From: an uncultured Candidatus Saccharibacteria bacterium
Lineage (GTDB): Bacteria; Patescibacteriota; Saccharimonadia; Saccharimonadales; JAGQNJ01
DNA length: 64,000 bases
Direction of reading: 5' to 3'
Assembly (NCBI GenBank): GCA_964504275.1
Contig: CAZDDV010000004.1
Coordinates: 9,908 to 73,907 of the forward strand
This document shows positions 9,258-18,460 of this stretch, piece by piece (the stretch's first letter is position 1; every line of letters begins with the position of its first letter). The notes beneath the pieces were generated by a model. That model was not told where the DNA came from. It searched no databases and worked only from the letters and a program-made list of their open reading frames with translations. A program made the translations under genes and the position numbers.

Positions 9258-9800
9258 ATGAGTGACAAAATATTCGTATTAGCAATAACTGGACCGACGG
9301 GTTCAGGCAAGAGCACGGTAGCTGCAAGATTAGCAAAGCAAATTAGCTACTGCGTAAACATTGATGCTGACCATATCAAACATATGATAGTAAGCGGCTT
9401 TTATAAAGATGATAAAAATCCTGGCGGTTGGAGTTTTAGCGAGTGGGGTTTGGTCGGAGACAGCATCGGGCTACTTGCACAGAACTTCGTCAAGGCTGGC
9501 TATAAAGTAATTATAAATGGCTACATTGATGAGCCAGGTTGGACCAATATCCAAAAACAAATAACTCTCACCCACAAAGTACTGTTGTTGCCACATTTGG
9601 AAACTGTTGCCCTAAGAGATGCTGGACGAAACGAAGATGTGCGAATGGGCGACAAAGCGGTAAACGAGCATCACACGCATTTTTCTAGTGACATCTTTTT
9701 TGAGGATTTTACAAAGCTGGATACGACTGACCACACAGAAGATGAGACCGTCAGTAAGGTCCTGGAAATTGTGAACCTATCAGCAAAGGAGCAACTATGA
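9258..9800 (+). CDS. P-loop (AAA_33/zeta-toxin/TmrB-like) kinase
   Basis: Walker A ITGPTGSGKSTVAARLA. GAGGAG RBS 7 nt upstream. Size and layout match small-molecule or antibiotic kinases. Confidence 0.6.
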   Translation: MSDKIFVLAITGPTGSGKSTVAARLAKQISYCVNIDADHIKHMIVSGFYKDDKNPGGWSFSEWGLVGDSIGLLAQNFVKAGYKVIINGYIDEPGWTNIQKQITLTHKVLLLPHLETVALRDAGRNEDVRMGDKAVNEHHTHFSSDIFFEDFTKLDTTDHTEDETVSKVLEIVNLSAKEQL

Positions 9801-10465
9801 AGCTAGTTTTATGTTCGGAAGGTTTCCATACGTCAAACACAGTAGAGGCGTGCGTGAAGCTGGTCGGCAAGCCCCAAGACCAAATATCGGTAGGCATTAT
9901 CAACGAAGCCTTTGCGGTTGAAGAAGGCGACAAACGTTGGGTTTTGGATAACTTAAATTCTGTAGCAAGTAATTTTAGTGCTGATATAGACATAGTTGAC
10001 CTGTTAGCACTTTCAATAGAGGAAGTTGAAGAACGGCTGGCGAGCAAAGATGTGATTTTCGTTGTTGGTGGCGACACGGATTACCTTATGAGCGTGTACC
10101 AGAAGACTGGTTTTGATAAGCTATTGCCTAAATTGCTAGAAACCAAAGTGTACGTTGGCAGTAGTGCAGGTTCAATGGTAGTTGGTCGGCGTATTTCTAC
10201 TGCAGCTTATAGGCTCATATACGGCGAAGACAGCAAATGGAACATAGAAGAATACGTAGGTATTGTTGACTTGTCGGTAATGCCACACCTTGACTCGCCA
10301 CATTTCCCGAACCGAAAAGAGAGCCTGATTGAAGCCGTGGGCAGCTTCGAGGGTAAGGTCTATGGTCTGCGTGATGATAGTGCTGTAGTGATTGATGGTA
10401 GTGATGTTCATACGATTGGTAGTGAGCCAATCATCATAGATAAGGGTCATTTAATCAGTGAATGA
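9797..10465 (+). CDS. Peptidase S51 (dipeptidase E/cyanophycinase-like)
   Basis: VVGGDTDYLM...VYVGSSAGSMV matches the S51 nucleophile-Ser motif G.SAG. Confidence 0.6.
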   Translation: MKLVLCSEGFHTSNTVEACVKLVGKPQDQISVGIINEAFAVEEGDKRWVLDNLNSVASNFSADIDIVDLLALSIEEVEERLASKDVIFVVGGDTDYLMSVYQKTGFDKLLPKLLETKVYVGSSAGSMVVGRRISTAAYRLIYGEDSKWNIEEYVGIVDLSVMPHLDSPHFPNRKESLIEAVGSFEGKVYGLRDDSAVVIDGSDVHTIGSEPIIIDKGHLISE

Positions 10466-11099
10466 TTACACTTGGAAGCCAAAAGGTCTGCCTATTAAGG
10501 TTCAAGGTGTTGCGATTGACCCGTATCTTGCGTTCAAACACTTCGTAATGCCCGCTCTTGATGACCCAAACTGGATTGAAGATAGTAGCAAAGTGACCGA
10601 CACAGATATGAGCAAGCGAGAGTGGATTGGGCTCATTGTTCACGCAATTGCATTGATGGACTTAACTGGTGATGATTTACGTGTCGCTAAGATGCTGGAT
10701 AATGACGACGGCGGTTTGGTTCGTGGCGAAAGTGAAGCTGTCTACGTAGAGCAGACGCTCGCAACACATAGGAACAAAAAGCACGATACTTTACTTGAGA
10801 CTGTGGCTGAACGGGTTGAAGACAAGTCATCAAACGGCGAAAGTTACGCTGCCAATATGCACTTAATTGTATTCTGCAATATGGACGGCGACTTGAAGGA
10901 AGCTGAGCTAGCAAAAATAGTATCAGAGGGTAGATTTAATATCGTTAATATCTTTGGTTTTAATAGCAAAGATAGGCACTACCTGTCGCTGATATTTGAT
11001 AGGGATAAAGCTGACGCACCAATTCACAGATGTGCTATCAGTGAAGCTAAACTGGTTGAACAAGCTAAACGGACAGTATCAATAAAGCAACCTAGTTAG
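10458..11099 (+). CDS. Hypothetical protein (last gene of the operon)
   Basis: 213-aa ORF that overlaps the upstream stop by 8 nt. No recognisable motif. Confidence 0.5.
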   Translation: MNDYTWKPKGLPIKVQGVAIDPYLAFKHFVMPALDDPNWIEDSSKVTDTDMSKREWIGLIVHAIALMDLTGDDLRVAKMLDNDDGGLVRGESEAVYVEQTLATHRNKKHDTLLETVAERVEDKSSNGESYAANMHLIVFCNMDGDLKEAELAKIVSEGRFNIVNIFGFNSKDRHYLSLIFDRDKADAPIHRCAISEAKLVEQAKRTVSIKQPS

Positions 11100-11328
11100 G
11101 CTGCAAAAAAACGCTTGGTAATTCTACCCCCAAAAATTCGGCATTTATACTGCGAAGTACCTATAACAGAGGTAAAGGGTTACTACCCCCCTATCCTTGC
11201 AGTAAAAAACAACTCGTTTGAAACATCCCAATTATGCATCAAGCAGATTGCCTGATAATTGGAATATCTCTGCCAGATGTTTTAGTTTATAATCGTTGGT
11301 AGCACTAATAGCAGATGTTTGAAATGCG

Positions 11329-12879
11329 TCAACTATGCTGCACCATACGACTAAAATCAGACGCTTCGGCGTCTTTTTTGTTTGCCGCTAATCTGATGAG
11401 AGGGCTTATTTCGGGGGTGTAAACATTTTTATTATCATCCATGTAAAATCCAGCTGGAAAAAGGATCTGTTTACACTTTTTGGCGTCCTCAGGTGTAAGC
11501 GTAAAGAAACTCTCTTGCATGTTGATAGCGAAGTTGAATGCGAAGTCTAGGAAGCGTTGTTTGTCCGTATCTGATTTTTCGTTCAGTGCAGTTAGTTGCT
11601 TTTCGTACTCTGCTATATCGCTCTTCTTCTTATCAATGTTAGCTAGTATTTCTTGCTTGATGGCTATATTGGTGGGATCAATAGCGGCCATTGCATTATT
11701 GTTTATTTCTTGACGGAGAGTATTTATTTCTTGGCTTATACGAGTAATATCCTGCTTTGACTGTGCATCTTTTCTTTTCCAGACTTTATCGAGAGCTTCT
11801 GATAAGTTTCTGATACCCTCTTCGGTAATGGGGTTGTCAGCGAATAGTTGAGCAACTTTTGAGTGCAGTTCATCACGATTGAGGTAAAGTCCGCAAGAGC
11901 GACAACGGTACTTCTTATATATTAGACTGGGGTTTTTCCCGTTGCTATGTTTGTATCCAACAAATTTACCCTTATTTTTAAGTTCTAGGCATGTGTCATG
12001 AATAGTGATTGTGTTGAGCGGATATTCAGGGTTACCGTTTTTGCGTGGACCGATTTGATTTTTCTTTTTATTGTCAAATATCCTTACTAGCTCTATATGC
12101 TGCTCTATAGTGATTAAGGGCTTGTGAGATCCTCTCTCATTGCGGACTTTTACCTGTCTGTTCATCTCGACTATGCCAGCATAGAATGGATCGGTTGCAA
12201 TCTTACGGAATTTATCCATTTTTAATGGTGCACGATCCAATGTGTAATCGCTTTTGTTTAATTCAATTAGCCCTTCTGTTGGTTCTACTATATGCTCATA
12301 CATCCTCACTAGTACATCACGCAGTGCGAGACCTCTTACGGGGTGTACTTCAGGTACTCCAACTCGTGATCCACGCATATAGCCAGCTTTAGGGTGGAAT
12401 GTATACTTGCCAGCTTTGAGGGCAGTTGTATGACCTGATATAGACTTCCTCTGGCGTTCTTCATTACTACCTTCTGCTTTAAATGCACTCATAACACGCA
12501 TAAATTTAGCCATTGCATCATCGCCATTGAAGGCATCTGACTCTGATGCATACCACACTTTTACACCTTGCATGTGGAAAAGCACTTCGAAATACGGACC
12601 CTCATTTATGCTACGCATGTAACGGTCATACTCATCAAAAATCGCATATTTAATGCTCTTATTGCTCTTACACATCTCAAGCATTTCTTTAAGGTCTTTA
12701 CGAGAAACATTAGTGCCAGCCTTACTACTGACACTTCCAGACCAAAAATGGATTATTTCGGCTCCAAGTTCTTCGGCAGCTGATTCTACCGACAGCTTTT
12801 GTCTAGGTAGGCTCCCGTTCAGTAGCTGCTCATCACTAGATACACGACAGTTCGCTATGGCTAAGACCCTTTTAGACAT
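11329..12879 (-). CDS. Large serine recombinase/integrase
   Basis: N-terminal AIANCRVSSDEQ (catalytic Ser), FDEYDRYMRS, a central recombinase domain, the zinc ribbon YRCRSCGLY, and a long coiled-coil C-terminus. Confidence 0.9.
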   Translation of the reverse strand: MSKRVLAIANCRVSSDEQLLNGSLPRQKLSVESAAEELGAEIIHFWSGSVSSKAGTNVSRKDLKEMLEMCKSNKSIKYAIFDEYDRYMRSINEGPYFEVLFHMQGVKVWYASESDAFNGDDAMAKFMRVMSAFKAEGSNEERQRKSISGHTTALKAGKYTFHPKAGYMRGSRVGVPEVHPVRGLALRDVLVRMYEHIVEPTEGLIELNKSDYTLDRAPLKMDKFRKIATDPFYAGIVEMNRQVKVRNERGSHKPLITIEQHIELVRIFDNKKKNQIGPRKNGNPEYPLNTITIHDTCLELKNKGKFVGYKHSNGKNPSLIYKKYRCRSCGLYLNRDELHSKVAQLFADNPITEEGIRNLSEALDKVWKRKDAQSKQDITRISQEINTLRQEINNNAMAAIDPTNIAIKQEILANIDKKKSDIAEYEKQLTALNEKSDTDKQRFLDFAFNFAINMQESFFTLTPEDAKKCKQILFPAGFYMDDNKNVYTPEISPLIRLAANKKDAEASDFSRMVQHS

Positions 12880-13099
12880 TTTCGTTTTCCTTTCCGACTG
12901 ACCCTTTTGATATTACTGGACATTTCCTATTATATATTTTATAAATAAGTTCTGCTAGGGCTTGAGCGTCTTCTTTCCTCTGCTGGTGAGGTGTTGGTTT
13001 TAGAGTTTCTGTTGGGCTTTTTTGTTTTGGTTCTTCAGGCATTAAAGCCAATGAAGTTGAAGCCTGTGTTTGAACAGGCTCAATAGATAATGAGGACAT
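12872..13099 (-). CDS. Small hypothetical protein translationally coupled to the recombinase (possible accessory or directionality factor)
   Basis: 75-aa ORF whose stop overlaps the recombinase ATG by 8 nt. It shares an HQQRK segment with the 82-aa ORF at 2966..3214. Confidence 0.4.
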   Translation of the reverse strand: MSSLSIEPVQTQASTSLALMPEEPKQKSPTETLKPTPHQQRKEDAQALAELIYKIYNRKCPVISKGSVGKENENV

Positions 13100-13141
13100 T
13101 TCAGTCCCTTTCGTTGGACGCCCCAGTAGCCAGCTGAAAAG

Positions 13142-13168
13142 CAGATAAATTAGATTGTTATTTATCTG
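13142..13168. repeat. Perfect 9-bp inverted repeat CAGATAAAT-N9-ATTTATCTG upstream of the recombinase operon
   Basis: Read directly: 13142-13150 pairs with 13160-13168. Candidate operator or hairpin. Confidence 0.5.
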
Positions 13169-13483
13169 TTGGCGTTAAACCACTTTCACTGTTACATGTT
13201 AGTGGGGCTACTAAGAGAGAACACCAACGATTCTCTGACTTTAATTATACGCTTATGTTTAGAAAAAGTCAAATTAGTTGCGGCATATAAACGGCGTTCT
13301 TACCGTAGAGTCTTCGAAAAAAAGTATGTGAGCTGTTGCTACTAATTCATGAGAAGTAAAAGATGAACGAGAATACCCCCTGTAACCTCTCTGGAGACGC
13401 CTAGAGCGTGTTTTAGCATCAAGTTGAGTAAATGTCCAATCTGTCATAATTATTAGTAGAAATATAAAAAAATAGGGAGTTTT

Positions 13484-13717
13484 ATGACTACAAAAAATGC
13501 CGTAGGTAGACCACTGAAAGTAGACGCTAAAGTCATGACAAAGCTGATAGCTGCAATACAAACCAACTCTAATATTAAAGACGCATGTGGGTATGCAGGT
13601 GTTAGTCGTCAGACGTACTACTCTTACCTAAATAATGAGCCTATATTCGCCGAAAAAATGGCATTAGCAAAAAGCAACCGAGACAAATTAATGATGAGTT
13701 TTCTGACAGTTTGGTAG
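13484..13717 (+). CDS. Small helix-turn-helix protein (terminase-small/transposase-HTH-like)
   Basis: GRPLKVDAKVMTKLIAAIQTNSNIKDACGYAGVSRQTYYSYL is a typical HTH. AGGGAG RBS upstream. Confidence 0.5.
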   Translation: MTTKNAVGRPLKVDAKVMTKLIAAIQTNSNIKDACGYAGVSRQTYYSYLNNEPIFAEKMALAKSNRDKLMMSFLTVW

Positions 13718-13771
13718 CTAAACCAGTTCCGCTTACTATGTTTTTAAGAAAATAGTTGTCAGAAAAGAAGA

Positions 13772-14947
13772 CTATTCTTCAGCTTGGGCAACAATGAATT
13801 TTGCTCTTCGATACAGCTCATCATAGGTGAGTATTTTAGTGTTTCTTGAATCTCTGCAAAATAGTTCAAAGGTCTTCTTCTTTATCTCAATCTCTTTTTC
13901 GGTTCCAGAGAACATTGTGTCTCGCCCAATCACTAGAACTGTTTTTGGATCTAAGGCTTTCTGTGTAATTTTGTTTTCTTTGTCATCAAACCTTTTTGAC
14001 TCATCTTGCCACTCGACAATATGACTTGCCTTGTATTCAAGTATTTGTGAGACGGCGTGAAACAAAGAGGATGAAAGACGCCATGAATTAGACCGATTAG
14101 GCGTACCGTCGAACAATTCGGTTGACGGCTTCTTAAGTTCAACCAGGACCGTATAATCATTTGTTCCAGCGAGAGTATCAAGGCTCTCGCTGCCCTTGCC
14201 AGAAACATCACTGCCACGGACTGTAGCTTCTTCCTGAAGAATTTCAAGGTACTTGTAGTCTAGCCCGTAACCGAAAATCCAAGGGTTTTTCTTGAAGAAA
14301 TATTGCCATACTTTCTCTTCTTTTGTAGCGTCAAGGGAATTGTCCTTCTTCTTACAAGCTGCACCATAATCTTTCCAGAAGTCAGGAAAGTCCAGTAGTT
14401 TCTTGAATATTTGCAACTGCCGTTTTCGATAACCAACATTAACAATATCGAGTGATGTAATGGCTCCTTCGTTTAGTAGGGCAAGAATGACTTCCTGACC
14501 ATCATCTGTAGCCAGAAGAGTTTTTAGTTTCTTTTTGGTCTCATCATCCAGCTTGCCAAGATTGTCGCCTCCTAGCTGAACACGCCTCTCAGAAATGCCT
14601 TTTAGGTCAACCTCGGAAATGAATTTTGCAAAGGCAACTATCTCGCCTAAGTTGGCACTACTAAGAGTTATTTTTTCCTTCGTTTCCTCGTAAGGTGCTT
14701 TTGCAGATTTCTTTTTTATTTTGGTTATCTCAAAGCCACTTATTTCGTCCTTGTCATAGATATATACGACCTTTAGCTGTATATATGCACTAGCTTGCAG
14801 GGTGGCACCATCGTTGTCGTGATGTACAACCGAGAAAAATTTACCTTTCTTGACTCCACCTTGCTCAAAATCATGTGTGTACAAGTGATTAGGTATTGAA
14901 TTTTTGATGACATCGTCTTCTGTTGGGGAGGAATTACTTAAGCTCAT
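13772..14947 (-). CDS. Shedu-like (SduA/DUF4263) PD-(D/E)xK nuclease; candidate anti-phage defence protein
   Basis: The C-terminal half has WQYFFKKNPWIFGYG, then D..(13)..VELKKP and SQILEYK. This is the DUF4263 pattern (D...ExK...Q..Y) as I remember it. Confidence 0.6.
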   Translation of the reverse strand: MSLSNSSPTEDDVIKNSIPNHLYTHDFEQGGVKKGKFFSVVHHDNDGATLQASAYIQLKVVYIYDKDEISGFEITKIKKKSAKAPYEETKEKITLSSANLGEIVAFAKFISEVDLKGISERRVQLGGDNLGKLDDETKKKLKTLLATDDGQEVILALLNEGAITSLDIVNVGYRKRQLQIFKKLLDFPDFWKDYGAACKKKDNSLDATKEEKVWQYFFKKNPWIFGYGLDYKYLEILQEEATVRGSDVSGKGSESLDTLAGTNDYTVLVELKKPSTELFDGTPNRSNSWRLSSSLFHAVSQILEYKASHIVEWQDESKRFDDKENKITQKALDPKTVLVIGRDTMFSGTEKEIEIKKKTFELFCRDSRNTKILTYDELYRRAKFIVAQAEE

Positions 14948-15073
14948 AATATACCCTTAAGTGTACACTGAATAATTGACAGATACATAGTAATATTGTT
15001 AATACTTATGGTTGAGTGCGATTATTTTGGGGTATCAGTATATGGTCCATATCCTTTATAATGAAATTAAGAT

Positions 15074-16222
15074 ATGACAAACAATTTCCTATCAAGTGCT
15101 AGAAAAACAAAGAATGACGAATTCTATACCCAGTTCCATGATATTCAAAAAGAAATTGAAGCTTATATTGAATACAACAAGGACACCTTCAGGGGTAAGA
15201 TAGTTTATTGTAATTGTGACGATCCTTTTGAAAGCAACTTCTTCAGATATTTCGTACTGAAATTTAATACATTGGGAATTAAGAGCCTTATTACCACGAG
15301 TTATAAACCTTCACCAGTTGCCAATACTCGGCTGGGTCTATTTGGTAATGATAAAACGCTACAGCCCGAAAAGGGGAGGCCGAAGATAACTGCGAATAAG
15401 TTCGTAATAAATGAGGTTCATGACGTCAATGGCGACGGCTCATTTAGCCTTGAGGATATAGCAGAACAACTCAAAGCAAACAAAAATAATGAATGGCAAC
15501 CCCTGAAAGGTTCTGGTGATTTCCGAAGTGACGAATGTATAGAATTATTGAAAATGGCTGACATTGTTGTTACAAACCCTCCATTCAGTCTGTTTAGAGA
15601 GTACATATTGCAACTTTTCGAGTTTAATAAAAAGTTTCTGGTAATAGGTAATTTAAATGCAGTTACTTACCTAGAAGTATTTCCTCTAATAAAAGAAAAT
15701 AAGTTGTGGCTGGGACCAAGTATCACTAGTGGCGATAGAGAGTTTGAGGTACCTAAAACTGCAATCGATGAGACGAAATTTACTGGAGAAATACGTAATG
15801 GAAAATACTATCAAAAAGTAGTCGGAGTAAGATGGTATACAAATCTTGACCACGGTCGTAGACATCGGCCACTCAGTTTAATGAGTATGGCGGATAATTT
15901 AAAATTCAATAAAAAAATGCAAGACAAGACAGCATATAATAAATACGACAACTATGAAGCTATAGATGTGTCGTTTGTCGATTCGATTCCGAGCGATTTT
16001 TTTGGATTGATGGGTGTGCCAATTAGTTTCTTGGACAAATACTCACCGGACCAATTCGAAATTGTTGGTAGTTTTAATAACGGTGAGCATGGGAGAGAAT
16101 TAGGGGCTGCAAAAATTCCAGTAGACGTTAAGGGGAAAATTACGATGTGGAATGGTCCTGCTGTAAATAAGATCCCCTTATATAAACGAATCATCATTAA
16201 GCACAGAAGGGCTAACCCATGA
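15074..16222 (+). CDS. EcoRI-methylase-family DNA N6-adenine methyltransferase
   Basis: N-terminal [42 protein letters not shown] and catalytic [13 protein letters not shown] (NPPF motif IV). Confidence 0.8.
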   Translation: MTNNFLSSARKTKNDEFYTQFHDIQKEIEAYIEYNKDTFRGKIVYCNCDDPFESNFFRYFVLKFNTLGIKSLITTSYKPSPVANTRLGLFGNDKTLQPEKGRPKITANKFVINEVHDVNGDGSFSLEDIAEQLKANKNNEWQPLKGSGDFRSDECIELLKMADIVVTNPPFSLFREYILQLFEFNKKFLVIGNLNAVTYLEVFPLIKENKLWLGPSITSGDREFEVPKTAIDETKFTGEIRNGKYYQKVVGVRWYTNLDHGRRHRPLSLMSMADNLKFNKKMQDKTAYNKYDNYEAIDVSFVDSIPSDFFGLMGVPISFLDKYSPDQFEIVGSFNNGEHGRELGAAKIPVDVKGKITMWNGPAVNKIPLYKRIIIKHRRANP

Positions 16223-17391
16223 TAACGACATTGTTGGCAAAAGAAACAGGTAAAACAATTGGGGATGTAATTGAAGGTTTTGAGTATAACGAGTATGAAG
16301 GCAAAGGACTCTTCGGACTAAATGGAAAGCTTACTATCCAACCTGAATATCAGCGAAATTATATTTATGCAGACGGTAAAAGAGATGTGGCTGTTATCAA
16401 CAGTATCCTTAAGGGCTACCCTATAGGTCTATTGTATTTTAATAAGTCTGGCGTAGATACTTATGAAGTACTCGACGGGCAACAACGTATCACAAGTATA
16501 GGGCGATTCATAAATGATAAGTTTCCTTGGGTAGACTCTAATGGGCATGAACAGTTCTATAGTGGCATGGCGAGTAGTTTGCAGGAGAAGGTACTCAATA
16601 CATCCCTTCTTATTTACGTATGTGAAGGTGATGAGCCGGAAATTAAAGATTGGTTCAGGACTATAAATATCGCTGGAGTACCTCTTACGGAACAAGAGAT
16701 ATTAAACGCTGTCTATTCAGGACCATTCGTTACACTTGCAAGAGAAGAATTTAGTAACAGTCAGAATTCACTCGTGCAAAAATGGAATGCTTATATATCG
16801 GGAGACGTAAAGAGACAGGCATACTTAGAGTGTGCACTCGAGTGGGTAAGCCACGGTGCGATTGACCATTATATGAGTAAGCACCGACATGACAATGATA
16901 TTATTGAGCTAAAGACTCATTTTAATAATGTTATCGATTGGATCTCAACTGTATTTACAGATGTAGAAAGCGAAATGAAAGGTCTCGAGTGGGGTCGTCT
17001 CTTCGAGACTTATCACAATAATAATTATGACCCGCAAAAAGTATTAAATGAGTTACGAAAGTTACTTGGAAGTTTTGAAGTCAAGGACCGTAAGGGTGTG
17101 TATGAGTACATTCTAGGTGGATCAACAGACACTAAGTTGCTGAACATCCGTGTTTTTGATGAGCCCACTAAGAAAGTTGTGTACGCTGAGCAAACAAAGG
17201 CAGCTCAAACAAAAGGTATTTCGAATTGTTCTTACTGTTCTATCGGTCATGATGCGAATAAGGATAAGCTTTGGTCATTAAGCGATATGGACGCCGACCA
17301 TGTGTCTGCTTGGAGTAAGGGCGGCTCAACCGAAAAAGAGAACTGTGAAATGCTCTGCAAGCCGCACAACCGTGCTAAAGGCAATCGTTAG
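16219..17391 (+). CDS. DUF262 (ParB/GmrSD-like) domain protein with a C-terminal HNH nuclease
   Basis: EYQRNYIY...[11 protein letters not shown] (DUF262 DGQQR). C-terminal [32 protein letters not shown] (HNH). 4-nt ATGA overlap with the methyltransferase gene. Confidence 0.8.
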   Translation: MITTLLAKETGKTIGDVIEGFEYNEYEGKGLFGLNGKLTIQPEYQRNYIYADGKRDVAVINSILKGYPIGLLYFNKSGVDTYEVLDGQQRITSIGRFINDKFPWVDSNGHEQFYSGMASSLQEKVLNTSLLIYVCEGDEPEIKDWFRTINIAGVPLTEQEILNAVYSGPFVTLAREEFSNSQNSLVQKWNAYISGDVKRQAYLECALEWVSHGAIDHYMSKHRHDNDIIELKTHFNNVIDWISTVFTDVESEMKGLEWGRLFETYHNNNYDPQKVLNELRKLLGSFEVKDRKGVYEYILGGSTDTKLLNIRVFDEPTKKVVYAEQTKAAQTKGISNCSYCSIGHDANKDKLWSLSDMDADHVSAWSKGGSTEKENCEMLCKPHNRAKGNR

Positions 17392-17402
17392 TCACCCCTC
17401 AC

Positions 17403-18275
17403 TTAAAAGTCATATTTATCTTGAAGCTGTTTGTATTTAATGTCGTGTGATTTATCAGTTGCTCTATAGTTTTTGATTTCCTCCCCTTTCTTGAGCCTCT
17501 GAGTCCTGTTGATATTTTGAAGATACTTTAGGAAGAATTTGTATGCCACATGAGAAGCCCGGACCGTTTCATATAAAGGTGCATCTAATCTAATTTCGAG
17601 ACTAATCTTTGGGTCTATTCTGGTGTTACTCATATTCCCTAAGACGGTTGAATGGGTATCGCTCGAAAGAAGAGAATAGACACTGCGATAATCGAATTGA
17701 GTTAATGTTTGGAAATCAGAATTTTTAGCGAGATTTGATTCGTCGATAGCCTTTAAGCGGCCTAAAAGTGGCTTGTATGCACTCAGATTTATATCGGGGT
17801 GTTTTTGGCCAAAACGTGTCAGCTCGGATTTCCGCCTCGCTATAGTATTAGTAATTGCTTTGTCGGATATGGTCGATTTCCAAGTTTCAGCATTGGGGTA
17901 TGCCGAACGAAGTCGCTGAACATCGCTCCATGTACTTAATTGCTGCTGCGACTCATTAGCAAACCTGATTTCTAGGTTTATATTTGATTTCTTTAGATTT
18001 ATGAAATCAAATTCAGCTAATGTCTCCCACATTGAGCGAACAATGATGTTGGCCACGTTACCCTGATTTGTTCGTGTTAACGCCAGGACGGCATCTGCCC
18101 TTTGGTACATAGCACTAAATGTGTTGTATCGTATAACTGTTTTAGCTTGGATATGATGATTAAATTTGGCTGAACCTATGAGTTCTTTGGAAAAGATGAG
18201 TAATTTTTCAAGGTCATCTATAGATTCTTCTTTCAGCTGATTGAGGTCTTTGACATACTCTGATTCATTTGACAT
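17403..18275 (-). CDS. Hypothetical protein (possibly DUF5677-like), convergent with the MTase/nuclease pair
   Basis: 290-aa ORF. IVRSMWETLAEFDFI and SSDTHSTVLG faintly recall DUF5677. No firm motif. Confidence 0.45.
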   Translation of the reverse strand: MSNESEYVKDLNQLKEESIDDLEKLLIFSKELIGSAKFNHHIQAKTVIRYNTFSAMYQRADAVLALTRTNQGNVANIIVRSMWETLAEFDFINLKKSNINLEIRFANESQQQLSTWSDVQRLRSAYPNAETWKSTISDKAITNTIARRKSELTRFGQKHPDINLSAYKPLLGRLKAIDESNLAKNSDFQTLTQFDYRSVYSLLSSDTHSTVLGNMSNTRIDPKISLEIRLDAPLYETVRASHVAYKFFLKYLQNINRTQRLKKGEEIKNYRATDKSHDIKYKQLQDKYDF

Positions 18276-18437
18276 AGCTTTTATTATAGCTCTATAGAGC
18301 GAGTGTAAGTACCAACACTCACCTAATAACAGAATACTCTCGGTATTGGACGTCTAACAGTGACCTCCATCGGTTGTATTCATCTCGTAAAGAGTGAAAA
18401 CTTTCGTTCACATCCTGCACCACGCTGAAACCAATGG

Positions 18438-18460
18438 AGACGGATAAAACCGTCTTTTTT
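18438..18460 (+). terminator. Intrinsic-terminator-like hairpin (AGACGG-N6-CCGTCT plus T6) only 9 nt upstream of the next start codon
   Basis: Read directly: 18438-18443 pairs with 18450-18455, followed by a T run to 18460. No upstream plus-strand gene needs it, so it could be a leader or attenuator. Confidence 0.4.

Larger units (their letters stand above)
1..13100. mobile_element. Integrative-element-like accessory segment with two large serine recombinases. Left end lies outside the window and the right end is unresolved.
   Basis: Recombinase genes at 1-1152 and 11329-12879. Also a Rep-like gene, a SpoVG-like gene, an excisionase-type HTH and a cargo operon. No housekeeping genes. No att repeats identified by eye. 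Confidence 0.4.
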
